A stretch of 64,000 bases of DNA from Flavobacteriales bacterium (GCA_016721825.1 JADKHI010000002.1:105424-169423); one strand, 5' to 3'; numbered from the stretch's first letter, positions 38,325 through 48,895 are shown. A program made the numbers and translations. The notes: a model not told the origin generated them from the letters alone.

Positions 38325-40616
38325 CCGGAGCTTGGGTGTCGACCGCAACATCACCAGGATCAGCGCAGGCAACAGCAAAAGCTCCGCCACGAAGGCGAAG
38401 ATCAGGGTGAGCGTGATCAGGAGACCCATGTAGAAGATGCTCGCGAAATCCGAGAGCATCAGCGTGAGGAAGCCCGAGATCAGCATCAGGCTGGTGACGG
38501 AGACGGCTTTCCCAGTGCTGAGGTAGGTCCGTTTCAACGCGTAGGGTACCGAGCGTCCTTCGAGCAGTTGGAGGCGGAGCTTCGCCAGCATGTGGATGGT
38601 GTCATCCTCCGCGATCCCGAAGGCGATGCTGAAGATGATGGCGGTGCTCACCTTGAGGTCGATGCCCGTGAATCCCATGACCCCTGCGATGAAGAGCAGC
38701 GGCACCAGGTTGGGCAGCAGCGAGACCAGCACCATGCGCACATCACGGAAGAACCACATCATGATGGCGGCCGTGAGCAGGATGGCGAGGCCCATGCCAC
38801 CGACCAGCTGCCCGCTCAGGTGCTCGTTGTTGCGGTCGATAAGGTAGGCCATGCCCGTCTGCCGGAACTGCACCAGCTTGGGATCCGTGTGCGTTGCGAT
38901 GAAGCGGTCCAGTTCCGCGTTCTTGCCCTTGTGAACGAAGCCGCCCTCATCCACCTTCCGGCCGCTTAGGCGTGCGGTGCGCCCATCCTCCGAGACCAGC
39001 ATGCGCAGCTGTTCCTTGCCTCCGAAGGCTTCCGACTGCCGGGCCAGCTTACGTGCATCCTCGGCTTCCATCGGTAAGCGCAGCATGTCCGCCCCGCCGC
39101 CGTTGGCCGCCTTGTTGAGTGAACGCATCACCGTGACAGGGGAGAGGATGCTGCGCACACCCTGCTCGTCGTGCACGAACGTTTGCACCGCTTCGATCTG
39201 CTTCAGCACGTCCAGGTCCCAAACGGTCCGCGTACTGTCCATTACGGTCAGTTCCAGCTCGAAGGGTCGTACACCACCGAAGGTCCGTTCGAAGTAGAAG
39301 AAGTCCTGCTTCTGCGGATCATCGTCCGGCCAGTCCTCCAGGAGGTAGTTGTTCACTTTGATCCGCGAGAGGCCCACTGTGCTCACGACCATGATGAGCC
39401 CGAAGCCGATCAGGATGCGCACGCGGTTCCGGATGGTCCAGCGGAACAACCGGGGCAGCCAGCGGTCCCACGGAGAGGACTCGATCGCGCGGGGCAGCAT
39501 GCGCCTCGGGTCGATGAAAAGCAGCAATGCGGGCAGCAGGGTGAAGGCCAGCACGAAGGCCACCATCACGCCGATGGCCGTGTACACGCCGAACTCCTGA
39601 AGCGGCTGGATGCTCGCGGACCCCAGTGTGGCGAAGCCGATGGCCGAGGTGACGGCCGTGAGGAAGGTAGGAAGACCGGCCTCCTTGTAGGTGACGGCCA
39701 GGGCACGCCTTCGCTCCATGCCGGCGCGCACATTCTCCAGAAAGGTCTCGAGCAGGTGCACCACATCGCTCATGCCCACCACGAAAAGGATCGTGGGCAG
39801 CAACATGGTGAGGATGCTGAGCGGTTCGTCGAAGAGGCTCATGGCGCCCACTTCCCACAGGATCGACAAGCCCACCACGCCGATGGGAACGATCACGCCC
39901 AGCAACGAGCGGAAGCCGAAGTAGAGGAAGACCGCAAGTAACAGGATGGATGCGGTGAGGAAGAGCACGAGCTCCCGCTCCATCTTTTGGATGTAGTAGT
40001 ACTGTCCATGGATCCGGCCTGCCACATGCAAGCCTTGCAAGCCGCTTTCACGCATCACGCGTTCCACGCCCTCCAGCAGGTCGTCGCTTCGCTTCTTGCT
40101 CAGGTCCGGCGTGGTCTGTGCGACGATCAGGAGCGCATCGCCAGCGGGGGCGAAATAGGCTTCGCGGATGCGGTCGTCGGTCCAGATGCGCGCGGAATCG
40201 GCGGCCAGGGTGGAGTCACTGCCTACGCGGAGCACCGGCACGTTGAAAACGCCCACCGGGGTGATCACGGGTTCCTCCAAGCGCGTGGGGCTGCTCACCG
40301 AACGCATATCGGTCAGTCGGGTCAGTCGGGCGGAAAGGCTGTCCACCTTCAGCAGGAAGCCTTGATCGAACACGGAAGGTTTCCGCTCGGCCGCTACCAG
40401 CAGGAAATCATTGTCGTTGCCGAAGCGCTCTCGGAAACCGAGGTAGCGGTCCAGTTCCGGATCGCTTGTGGGGAAGAACTTTTCGAAGTCGTAGTCGAGG
40501 CGGACGTTGCGCAGGGAGATGCCCAAGGCCACGGTGATCACACCCAAAGCGATGAGCGTCCAGCGCGCCCTTTCGCGGGTGAGCCACCGTTCGATCCTGT
40601 CCACGTACTTTCCCAT
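38304..40616 (-). CDS. MMPL/RND-superfamily transporter (two 6-TM bundles, SSD-like)
   Basis: FEKFFPTSDPELDRYLGFRERFGNDND N-terminal loop. Two hydrophobic blocks with GMSDVVHLL and GIAEDDTIHML motifs. Start taken at MGKYVDRIERW (40616). Confidence 0.8.
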   Translation of the reverse strand: MGKYVDRIERWLTRERARWTLIALGVITVALGISLRNVRLDYDFEKFFPTSDPELDRYLGFRERFGNDNDFLLVAAERKPSVFDQGFLLKVDSLSARLTRLTDMRSVSSPTRLEEPVITPVGVFNVPVLRVGSDSTLAADSARIWTDDRIREAYFAPAGDALLIVAQTTPDLSKKRSDDLLEGVERVMRESGLQGLHVAGRIHGQYYYIQKMERELVLFLTASILLLAVFLYFGFRSLLGVIVPIGVVGLSILWEVGAMSLFDEPLSILTMLLPTILFVVGMSDVVHLLETFLENVRAGMERRRALAVTYKEAGLPTFLTAVTSAIGFATLGSASIQPLQEFGVYTAIGVMVAFVLAFTLLPALLLFIDPRRMLPRAIESSPWDRWLPRLFRWTIRNRVRILIGFGLIMVVSTVGLSRIKVNNYLLEDWPDDDPQKQDFFYFERTFGGVRPFELELTVMDSTRTVWDLDVLKQIEAVQTFVHDEQGVRSILSPVTVMRSLNKAANGGGADMLRLPMEAEDARKLARQSEAFGGKEQLRMLVSEDGRTARLSGRKVDEGGFVHKGKNAELDRFIATHTDPKLVQFRQTGMAYLIDRNNEHLSGQLVGGMGLAILLTAAIMMWFFRDVRMVLVSLLPNLVPLLFIAGVMGFTGIDLKVSTAIIFSIAFGIAEDDTIHMLAKLRLQLLEGRSVPYALKRTYLSTGKAVSVTSLMLISGFLTLMLSDFASIFYMGLLITLTLIFAFVAELLLLPALILVMLRSTPKLRKNEAAP

Positions 40617-40675
40617 CAACACAAGCCGGTCGACGCCGGAGCGCAAAGGTGGGCCAAGTGCCCGGCACGCGGGTC

Positions 40676-40683
40676 TACTTTTG
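40676..40683 (+). promoter_or_regulatory. -7 box TACTTTTG, 7 nt upstream of the WG-repeat gene ATG
   Basis: Perfect TAnnTTTG match inside the ~75-nt divergent intergenic region. Confidence 0.45.
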
Positions 40684-40690
40684 GCGCCAC

Positions 40691-42832
40691 ATGGAATTGA
40701 GCGTTCGTCGTTGCCTTTTGCTGGGTTCGTTGGTGCTGGCCCTTCTTCCGCTGTCCGTTTCCGCCGGTAAGTTGGAGAAGGCTTTCGCGGCCCTGAACGA
40801 GCACAACTACTTCCTGGCGCGCGACCTGTTCCGCAAGGAAGTGCGCAAGCATCCGGCCGCGGCCTGGTACGGGCTCAGTGTGATCCACGGCCGTGACAAC
40901 AACCCCTTCTACCAGCTCGACTCCGCCTATGCCTTCATCCAGCGGGCGGATGCCGCGTTCACCATGGCCCCGGACAAGGAGCGGATCGTGGTCGGTGAGG
41001 TGGGCGTGAACGGTGCCGCCATCGAGGCCCAGAAGGAACACATCTTCAGCATCGCGTGGGACCAGGCCAAGAGCGTGAACACCATCGCTTCCTACGACCG
41101 GTTCATTAACACCTACTATCAAAGCATACGCGTCGCCGATGCCAAGCTGGTCCGGGACCACATCGCTTTCCAAGAGGCCCGAACCACCAACACGGCCGCT
41201 GCATTCCAGGCCTTCATCGAGCGCTACCCCGATGCCAAGGATGTCTACGAAGCACGGTCGCGCCTGCAGGAGGCGGTGTTCCGCGAGGCGGTGCCCAACA
41301 GCACCATCACCGAGTACCAGCGTTTTCTGTCCGAGCATCCGGATAGTCCTTACGTGCGCAAAGCCCAAGATGAGATCTTCCGCTTGAGCACACCCCATCG
41401 AACACCGACGGAGCTCCATGGGTTCATTGCCTCCAACCCGAAGAACCCGAACGTGGCCGATGCCTGGCGTGCGATCTACGACCAGTACACCCGCGACCTC
41501 AGTGCTGGCGCCATCACGCAGTTCCTGAAGGACTATCCGGATTACCCATTCATCAACGAGCTCACTGCGGACTACCGGACCGCGAGCATGGTGCTCTATC
41601 CCTTCCGCAAGGACGGCAAGTGGGGTTACATCAACGAGGAAGGGGTGGAGCAGGTGAAGGCCATGTACGACCTGGCAGAACCTTTCGTGGGCGGACAGGC
41701 GCTGGTTGGTGTTGGCGATCGTGTGGGCACCATCAACAAGATGGGCCGTGAAGTGGTGGAGGTGCAATACGATGATGTGCTCGACCCCAGCGAAGGCTTG
41801 ATCTCCGTGGACCGGGCCGGACATGTAGGCGTGGTGGATCGCGGTGGTCGCTTGGTGGTTCCGATGGAGTATGAGGATGTGGGCGAATTCCGCAACGGCA
41901 TCGCCTATGCGGAGAAGGACGGACACTACGGCTACATCAACGCGGCCGGGGAAGTGGTCGTTCCGTTCCAGTATGAGAAGGCCGGTACTTACCAGAACGG
42001 ACTTGCGGTGGTCGTTCAGAACGGCCTGAGCGGTGTGATCGATGCGAAGGGTGCAGTGGTGATCCCGTTCGAATTCGACTGGATCGAAGGCTTCGCGCAA
42101 CCGGTCTCACGCGTACGGAAAGGCGCACGCATGGGTGTCGTGAGTCCCTTCGGCGACATGCTCCTTGCTGTGGAACATGACCATGTCGGGGTGTTCAACA
42201 ACGGCCTTGCATTGGTGGTGGACGGCACCAAGTGCGGCTACGTGGATCAGCAGGGTGGCCTTGCGATCCCGATGCAGTACGAGGCCAACGAAGGCACCCT
42301 CGGCTGGGGCGACTTTCACAACGGCATCGCAAAGGTGATGGTGGCCGGTAAGTTCGGCAGCATCGATACGAAAGGGGCGAAGGTGCTTGCGCCACAATAC
42401 ACGGACATCGGGATCGCCGTTTCAGGCGTGATCCCGGTGAAGAAGAAGACCAAGTGGGGCTACCTGAACCGCGCAGGTGCCGCGCTTAGCGAGTTTAAGT
42501 ACGACCAGGCCTGGGAGCTTCGCCAAGGCTTCGCTCGCGTGAAGGTCGGTGAGCTGTTCGGGCTCGTTGATAGCACCGCAAAAGAGGTCGTTGCGCCAAG
42601 CTTCACCGGGCTTTCAGATGTGCAGCACAACATGCTCATCGCTACGCTTAACGGTAAGGTCGGCATCATGGACCTGCTGGGGAAAGAGCTAGTGCCGCCG
42701 CTCTACGAGGCCGTGGAGTTGATGGATGCTCGAACCGCCAAGGTCACCCGAAGCGGCAAACTCGCCTACATCCGCCTCTCCGACGGACGGTTCATCTGGA
42801 AGGAGGAGGGCTTCGACGTGCTACCGGAGTAG
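40691..42832 (+). CDS. secreted WG-repeat (KWG) protein with N-terminal TPR-like helical region
   Basis: Signal peptide MELSVRRCLLLGSLVLALLPLSVSA. Many GKWGYINEEG / GHYGYINAAG / TKWGYLNRAG repeats. Confidence 0.85.
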   Translation: MELSVRRCLLLGSLVLALLPLSVSAGKLEKAFAALNEHNYFLARDLFRKEVRKHPAAAWYGLSVIHGRDNNPFYQLDSAYAFIQRADAAFTMAPDKERIVVGEVGVNGAAIEAQKEHIFSIAWDQAKSVNTIASYDRFINTYYQSIRVADAKLVRDHIAFQEARTTNTAAAFQAFIERYPDAKDVYEARSRLQEAVFREAVPNSTITEYQRFLSEHPDSPYVRKAQDEIFRLSTPHRTPTELHGFIASNPKNPNVADAWRAIYDQYTRDLSAGAITQFLKDYPDYPFINELTADYRTASMVLYPFRKDGKWGYINEEGVEQVKAMYDLAEPFVGGQALVGVGDRVGTINKMGREVVEVQYDDVLDPSEGLISVDRAGHVGVVDRGGRLVVPMEYEDVGEFRNGIAYAEKDGHYGYINAAGEVVVPFQYEKAGTYQNGLAVVVQNGLSGVIDAKGAVVIPFEFDWIEGFAQPVSRVRKGARMGVVSPFGDMLLAVEHDHVGVFNNGLALVVDGTKCGYVDQQGGLAIPMQYEANEGTLGWGDFHNGIAKVMVAGKFGSIDTKGAKVLAPQYTDIGIAVSGVIPVKKKTKWGYLNRAGAALSEFKYDQAWELRQGFARVKVGELFGLVDSTAKEVVAPSFTGLSDVQHNMLIATLNGKVGIMDLLGKELVPPLYEAVELMDARTAKVTRSGKLAYIRLSDGRFIWKEEGFDVLPE

Positions 42833-45800
42833 CGTTACGTGGCCCGTGAGGCGCTGCTGGTCCACGCCCTCATCGCTCACTGCCTTGTAGGCCAAGGTCC
42901 ACACGTAGACACCGTCCTGTACCGGCGTTCCGCGCACGAGACCATCCCAAGCTTTGCCGGGCTCTGTGCTGCTGAAGATCGCCTCACCCCACCGGTCGAA
43001 GATCGTGAGCTCGTAGCGGATGAAGCTGCCAACGACCAACGGTGCGAACACTTCGTTGATGCCATCCCCGTTCGGCGTGAAGCTGTTCGGGACATGCACG
43101 AACGGAGCGCAGCCGCCTTCGGTCACCAGCACCGTATCCATCACTGTGGCGCAAGGGCTTGAAAGGGTCACGCTGTAGGTCCCTGGAAGAAGGATCGTGA
43201 GCGAAGCATCCGTGCCGCCGGTGCTCCATTCGTAAGCCGCACCGGGTACGAAGGCATCGAGTTCCAGTTCCTGCCCCGGGCAAAGCGTGCGGTCCGGACC
43301 CAGGTCGATGTCGGCGATCACAGGCAGGAAGGTGAGTTCCACCGCATCGCTTGCCGAGCAGCCATCGATGGTCAGCGTGACCGTGTACGTTGCGCTGGTC
43401 GTCGCGGTGATGCTGTTGCTCGTCGCACCGGTGGACCATTGCACCAGCGCTGTTCCAGGCGTTACGGAAAGGACCAGGGAATCACCTGCGCAAAGCGAGG
43501 CATCGTCGCCCAGGTCGGGCTGCACCAACTGGGTGATCCCGACCTGCACGGTGTCCATGGCCATGCATCCGGCGGCTCCGGCCTGCACCCACACCGTGCC
43601 CGCGCTGGAGGTGCTGTACTGCGAACCGGTGGAGCCATCGCTCCAGAGGTAGGAAGCCCCGGCAAGATTGAAGCTCCAGACGATCGCATTCCCCGGGCAG
43701 AGCATGGTGTCCGGTCCAAGACTGAGGCTTGCCGGCGTGAAATAGGAGACCGCGATCGCATCGGTGGCCGTGCAACCGCCAAGGTCCACCGTCACGGAGT
43801 AAGTGCCGGCCTGCACGACGTTCAGGGTCGAAGCGGTCGAACCGTTCTGCCACATGTAGGTCGCTCCCGTCTGTGTGACGTCGAGGACCATTGAAGCGCC
43901 GAGGCAGAGCGTGGTGTCGCCGCCCAGGTCCGCCATGGCGGGGGGAAGTGTTCCGATAGTGATCGCGTCGCTGTTCGAACAGCCGTTCACCGTTACCGTC
44001 ACATTCCACCCGCCAGGAGCGACCGAGAGCGTCGATAGCGTGCTTCCGTTGCTCCAGAGGTAAGTGCCGCCAGCCGTTGTTGCATCCAGAAGCATCGACG
44101 CACCAGGGCAGAGCGCCGTGTCCGGTCCAAGGTCCACAGCAGGTAATGGTATCAGGGAAATGGCGATGGTGTCGCTGGTGACGCAGTTGGCGAGGGTGGC
44201 CTGTGCCCAGAAGGTCCCGGCTGTGGAGACGGACCTTGACATGCTGGTGGAACCATCGTCCCAGAGGTAGCTGGCCCCCGCAGTGGTCGTGGCGTCCAAC
44301 ACCATGCTCTGTCCTGAACAGAGCGCGCTGGCCGGACCCAGGTTGAAGGGCGCCAAGGTGGTGTAGGCGACGGCGATCGTATCGCTGACCGCGCAGCCGC
44401 CGACGGACACTGTGGCCCAGACGGTCGACGGTTGCGATACCGTGATCGTGGTCGCTGACACGCCGGTGCTCCAGGTAGTGACGCCGCCCGGCAACAGAGC
44501 GGTAAGGTCAAGGGTGGTACCGGGGCAGAGCGTGGTGTCGTTACCAAGATCGAGTGACAACGCGCTGAGAACGTTCACCGTGATCGTATCGCTGGTCGTG
44601 CAGCCACCTGCGGTAACAGCCACCCAGACATCACCCTGTACCGCGGTAGTGACCGCGTTCGTTGTTGCCCCAGTGGACCATATGTAGGTGGCAGCAGGCC
44701 AAGTGGCATCCAACGCGAGGGTGGCACCCGCACACAAGGTCGTGTCATTGCCAAGGTCCACGATCGGGGAGGGAAGAACGGAAACCAGTATGGCATCGTT
44801 CACGGTGCAGGCGCCTTGCATCACGGTCACAGCGTAGGTGCCGGTGGAGGTCACGGTGATCATAGCCGTGGTGGCGCCGGTGCTCCACAGGTAGCTTGAA
44901 CCAGGGAGCGTGGCATCCAACAGGACGGCGTTGCCCTGGCAGATCGTGGTGTCGTTGCCCAGTTCCACCGCGTTCGGCGACGCGTACTGAACGGTGATCG
45001 CATCCGTAGCACTACAGCCTGCGATGTTCGTCACGGTCACTGAGTAGGTGCCCGCTTGAACAACGGTGATCGATGACGTGACGGGACCGTTCTGCCATTG
45101 ATAGGATGCACCCGGTTCGGCAGCATCAAGAAGGAGCGTGGCACCCGGGCAGAGCGTGGTGTCATTGCCTAGGTCGACCACAGGAGAAACGGCGGTGCTT
45201 ACCTGGATCGCATCCGACACCGTGCAGTTCCCTTGCATGACGCTGACACTGTAAACGCCCGTTGTTGAAACGCTCAAGGTCGGAGTGAACGCACCGGTGT
45301 TCCATGCATAGCTGGCGCCTGCAACGGTCGCGTCGAGGATGAGCGTGGTGCCTAGGCAGATGGTCGTGTCATTGCCGAGGTCAACGGCCACTGGTGTGGC
45401 GTAGGTCACAGTGATGGCGTCGCTGGCCGAGCAGGTGTTCGCATCGGTAACGGTCACCGTGAAGTTGCCTCCGCTGTTCAAGAGGAAACTGCTGGCCGTG
45501 CTACCGTTCTGCCACAAGTAGCTGCCTCCCGGGATCGTTGCGTTCAAGAGCAAGGTCGCACCCGGACAGAGCGTGGTGTCGTTGCCGAGAGAAATGGTCG
45601 GTGGCGTGTGTGTGCCGATGCTGACCACGTCCGTGCTGGAACATCCGTTCACCGTCACCATTACGGACCAGCTGCCAGGCCCCGCGTTCAGGGTGGGGGC
45701 AACGGCCATGTTGTTCCACAAGTAGGTCGCACCTACCGTGGTAGCGTCAAGAAGAACCGCATCGCCCGGGCAGAGCGTAGTGTCGTTCCCCAGGGAAACG

Positions 45801-48800
45801 ACCGGCAAAGGCACGATGGCCACGTTCACGGTATCGCTTACCTGGCAACCGTTCAGCGAAGTGACCAACCAGTAGTCGTTGGCGCTGCCCACACTGATGG
45901 TGCTTGTGGTCGCTCCCGTGCTCCAGAGGTAGGTAGCGCCCGGTACGCTCACGCCCAAAACAAGCTGGCTTCCCGCGCAGGCCGAAGTATCAGGCCCAAG
46001 ATTCACGGCTTGCAGATTGAAGTTGGATAGCGCGACCGCATCGGATGCTGAACATCCGCCGACCGTCACGGTCACGGAAACGTTGCCCACTCCACTGGTC
46101 GAAAGCGTGGCACCTGTGGTTCCATCTTGCCAGAGGTAAGTGGCGCCTGGTTGGAATGCATTGAAGGTGACAGCAGCACCCGCGCAGACGATCGTATCAT
46201 TCCCCAGGTCCACCACGGGCACCGGGTTCACGTTCACCTGTCGGGCGTCGCTCGCTGTGCATCCGTTCAAGGTCAGTGTCACGCTGAAGTTGCCGCCTGC
46301 TGATGCATCGATAGTGGCCGCTGTGGAGCCATCCTGCCAGAGGTAGGTGGCGCCGGGGTAGGTGGCGTTGAGCACCAAGGGCGACCCATTGCAGATGGTG
46401 GTGTCGTTCCCCAGGGCCACTACGGGTAGCGGGTTGTAGCCCACGTTGATAGCGTCCGTCGTGAGGCAGTTGTTCAGCGTTACGATCACGCTGTAGGCCC
46501 CGGCTCCAGTCACGTTGTAGGTCGCTGTAGTGGACCCATCCTGCCAGAGGTAGGTGGCGCCCGCGACCGTCGCTTCCAGCAGTAACGCTTGTCCTGCGCA
46601 GAGGGTGGTGTCGTTGCCCAGATCCACAACAGGGACGGGGTTCACGTTCACCTGTCGAGAGTCGCTAGCGGTGCATCCGTTCAAGGTCAGCGTCACGCTG
46701 AAGTTGCCGCCTGCTGAAGCGTTGATGGTGGCTGCGGTGGAGCCATCCTGCCAGAGGTAGGTGGCGCCGGGGTAGGTGGCGTTGAGCACCAAGGGCGACC
46801 CGTTGCAGATGGTGGTGTCGTTCCCCAGGGCCACCACAGGCAGCGGGTTGAAGCCCACGTTGATAGCGTCGGTCGTGAGGCAGTTGTTCAGCGTCACGGT
46901 CACGCTGTAAGCCCCGGCCCCGGTCACGTTGTAGGTGGCCGCAGTGGACCCATCCTGCCAGAGGTAGGTGGCGCCCGCGACCGTCGCATCCAGCAGCAAC
47001 GCTTGTCCTGCGCAGAGGGTCGTATCATTCCCCAGGTCCACCACGGGCACAGGGTTCACGTTCACCTGTCGGGCGTCGCTCGCTGTGCATCCGTTCAAGG
47101 TCAGTGTCACGCTGAAGTTGCCGCCTGCCGATGCATCGATAGTGGCCGCTGTGGATCCGTCCTGCCAGAGATAGGTGGCGCCGGGGTAGGTGGCGTTGAG
47201 CACCAAGGGCGACCCGTCGCAGATGGTGGTGTCGTTCCCCAGGGCCACCACAGGCAGCGCGTTGTATGCCACGTTGATGGCATCGGTCGTGGGGCAGTTG
47301 TTCAGCGTCACGGTCACGCTGTAGGTCCCGGCTCCGGTCACGTTGTACGTAGCTGCGGTGGACCCATCCTGCCAGAGGTAGGTGGCGCCCACGACCGTCG
47401 CGTCCAGCTGCAGCGCTTGTCCTGTGCAGAGGGTGGTGTCATTCCCCAGGTCCACCACGGGCACAGGGTTCACGTTCACCTGTCGGGCATCGCTCGCCGT
47501 GCATCCGTTCAAGGTCAGGGTCACGCTGAAGTTGCCACCTGCCGATGCATCGATAGTGGCCGCTGTGGATCCGTCCTGCCAGAGATAGGTGGCGCCGGGG
47601 TAGGTGGCGTTGAGCACCAAGGGCGACCCGTTGCAGATGGTGGTGTCGTTCCCCAGGGCCACCACAGGCAGCGGGTTGTATGCCACGTTGATAGCGTCCG
47701 TCGTGGGGCAGTTGTTCAGCGTCACGGTCACGCTGTAGGCCCCGGCTCCGGTCACGTTGTAGGTCGCTGCAGTGGAGCCGTCCTGCCAGAGGTACGTAGC
47801 GCCCGCGACCGTTGCATCCAGCAGCAGCGATTGCCCGGCACACAGGGTGGTGTCGTTCCCCAGATCCACGACCGGATAAGGGTTGTAGTTGATCTGCACC
47901 GCGTCGCTGTTCGGGCAATTGTTCGCTGTCACCGTCACGTTGTACAACCCAGCGGTGGTCACATTGAAGGTGGAGCCGGTCGAACCGTCCTGCCAGAGGT
48001 AAGTGCCCCCCGGTACCGCAGCGTTAAGCAGCGCTGGAGTGCCGGCGCAAAGGGTCTGGTTTGGCCCGAGGTTCACCACGGGTAATGGGGTCACGTTCAC
48101 GATCGCCGTATCGCGCAGCACAATGGTGCCGCTCATGGTGATGTCGTCAAGCCCGAAGTCGTTACCGATCCCATCGCCGCTCATCACCCGCAAGCAGATC
48201 CCCGCGCTGGTCTGGCCGGGAGCGCTGGTCCACGAGGTGGTGATGGTCTGCCATGCAGCGCCCTGCACGGGTAGCACGACCTCAAGACCAACAGGATTAC
48301 CGTCCACCCACCATTGCAGGCGCGCTGGGTTCGAGGGCGAAACGCTGCGGCCTCGGTAGCTCAACGTGTAGGTCTGGTTCGGGCATACGGGCACGGTCTG
48401 GCACCAGCAATCCCATTGGCCGGCGAGGTAACTCGTCCAGCCGGCGTTCACGATCAGGAAGTTTCCCGTGCCGGCCCCGTTGAACTGCGGGTGGTACGTG
48501 TTGGGATTGGTGCCGACGTAGTAGGTGCCTTCCGTGGTGAGGTCCGTGGAAAGGTTGAACTGCGTGCTGAAGCCGCTGTTACCCGCGTTGAAGTTGCTGT
48601 TCGTTACCAGATTGCCGCTCGGGTAGCTAACCTGGCACCAATGCGGACCACCGACTCCCGTGGCCATGTTCTGGGTCAGGGCGCCCGTGTCCCAGAGGTA
48701 GTTTGAATAGCCTGCGGGCCCGGTGAGCACAGCGATCTGGCCCTGACAGATGGTCACATCCGGTCCGATGTTGATCGAACAAGGCTGCGCCAGCAGGGGA

Positions 48801-48895
48801 AGCCCGAAGCTCCACAAGGCGAAACCGCCGAGCAGACGTAGAGGGATATGGGTCCGATGATGATCCAAGCCGATCGAGCACGATAGGTTAGGCAA
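42821..48895 (-). CDS. giant T9SS type-B (gliding-motility-associated C-terminal domain) surface protein built from ~25 Ig-like ~69-aa modules
   Basis: N-terminal CBM-like region (NLVTNSNFNAGNSGFSTQFNL). Repeated DLGNDTTLC.G..L.LDA...GATYLW.DGST modules. C-terminus VPNSFTPNGDGINEVF ... IFDRWGEAIF ... is the CHU_C/type-B sorting domain. The TTG start at 48895 is uncertain. Confidence 0.85.
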   Translation of the reverse strand: MPNLSCSIGLDHHRTHIPLRLLGGFALWSFGLPLLAQPCSINIGPDVTICQGQIAVLTGPAGYSNYLWDTGALTQNMATGVGGPHWCQVSYPSGNLVTNSNFNAGNSGFSTQFNLSTDLTTEGTYYVGTNPNTYHPQFNGAGTGNFLIVNAGWTSYLAGQWDCWCQTVPVCPNQTYTLSYRGRSVSPSNPARLQWWVDGNPVGLEVVLPVQGAAWQTITTSWTSAPGQTSAGICLRVMSGDGIGNDFGLDDITMSGTIVLRDTAIVNVTPLPVVNLGPNQTLCAGTPALLNAAVPGGTYLWQDGSTGSTFNVTTAGLYNVTVTANNCPNSDAVQINYNPYPVVDLGNDTTLCAGQSLLLDATVAGATYLWQDGSTAATYNVTGAGAYSVTVTLNNCPTTDAINVAYNPLPVVALGNDTTICNGSPLVLNATYPGATYLWQDGSTAATIDASAGGNFSVTLTLNGCTASDARQVNVNPVPVVDLGNDTTLCTGQALQLDATVVGATYLWQDGSTAATYNVTGAGTYSVTVTLNNCPTTDAINVAYNALPVVALGNDTTICDGSPLVLNATYPGATYLWQDGSTAATIDASAGGNFSVTLTLNGCTASDARQVNVNPVPVVDLGNDTTLCAGQALLLDATVAGATYLWQDGSTAATYNVTGAGAYSVTVTLNNCLTTDAINVGFNPLPVVALGNDTTICNGSPLVLNATYPGATYLWQDGSTAATINASAGGNFSVTLTLNGCTASDSRQVNVNPVPVVDLGNDTTLCAGQALLLEATVAGATYLWQDGSTTATYNVTGAGAYSVIVTLNNCLTTDAINVGYNPLPVVALGNDTTICNGSPLVLNATYPGATYLWQDGSTAATIDASAGGNFSVTLTLNGCTASDARQVNVNPVPVVDLGNDTIVCAGAAVTFNAFQPGATYLWQDGTTGATLSTSGVGNVSVTVTVGGCSASDAVALSNFNLQAVNLGPDTSACAGSQLVLGVSVPGATYLWSTGATTSTISVGSANDYWLVTSLNGCQVSDTVNVAIVPLPVVSLGNDTTLCPGDAVLLDATTVGATYLWNNMAVAPTLNAGPGSWSVMVTVNGCSSTDVVSIGTHTPPTISLGNDTTLCPGATLLLNATIPGGSYLWQNGSTASSFLLNSGGNFTVTVTDANTCSASDAITVTYATPVAVDLGNDTTICLGTTLILDATVAGASYAWNTGAFTPTLSVSTTGVYSVSVMQGNCTVSDAIQVSTAVSPVVDLGNDTTLCPGATLLLDAAEPGASYQWQNGPVTSSITVVQAGTYSVTVTNIAGCSATDAITVQYASPNAVELGNDTTICQGNAVLLDATLPGSSYLWSTGATTAMITVTSTGTYAVTVMQGACTVNDAILVSVLPSPIVDLGNDTTLCAGATLALDATWPAATYIWSTGATTNAVTTAVQGDVWVAVTAGGCTTSDTITVNVLSALSLDLGNDTTLCPGTTLDLTALLPGGVTTWSTGVSATTITVSQPSTVWATVSVGGCAVSDTIAVAYTTLAPFNLGPASALCSGQSMVLDATTTAGASYLWDDGSTSMSRSVSTAGTFWAQATLANCVTSDTIAISLIPLPAVDLGPDTALCPGASMLLDATTAGGTYLWSNGSTLSTLSVAPGGWNVTVTVNGCSNSDAITIGTLPPAMADLGGDTTLCLGASMVLDVTQTGATYMWQNGSTASTLNVVQAGTYSVTVDLGGCTATDAIAVSYFTPASLSLGPDTMLCPGNAIVWSFNLAGASYLWSDGSTGSQYSTSSAGTVWVQAGAAGCMAMDTVQVGITQLVQPDLGDDASLCAGDSLVLSVTPGTALVQWSTGATSNSITATTSATYTVTLTIDGCSASDAVELTFLPVIADIDLGPDRTLCPGQELELDAFVPGAAYEWSTGGTDASLTILLPGTYSVTLSSPCATVMDTVLVTEGGCAPFVHVPNSFTPNGDGINEVFAPLVVGSFIRYELTIFDRWGEAIFSSTEPGKAWDGLVRGTPVQDGVYVWTLAYKAVSDEGVDQQRLTGHVTLLR
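46130..47890 (-). repeat. 414-bp tandem repeat, ~4.25 copies (each = two 69-aa modules) inside the giant gene
   Basis: Shadow ORFs recur at 46140, 46554, 46968 and 47382 (period 414). The encoded 138-aa units are nearly identical. Confidence 0.9.

Noticed and set aside
42821-42832. 12-nt overlap of the convergent 3' ends of the WG-repeat gene and the giant adhesin gene, as a regulatory feature.
   Set aside because: It is real in the sequence but short, and such overlaps are common. It is mentioned only within the adhesin finding.
46140-47588. Periodic 68-aa plus-strand ORFs at 46140, 46554, 46968 and 47382, with weaker ones at 43875 and 44064.
   Set aside because: They are reverse-frame shadows of the 414-bp coding repeat in the giant minus-strand gene.
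46130-47890. Regular 414-bp periodicity as a possible CRISPR-like or satellite array.
   Set aside because: The whole array is one open reading frame encoding Ig-like modules. There is no short repeat/spacer structure and no cas genes.
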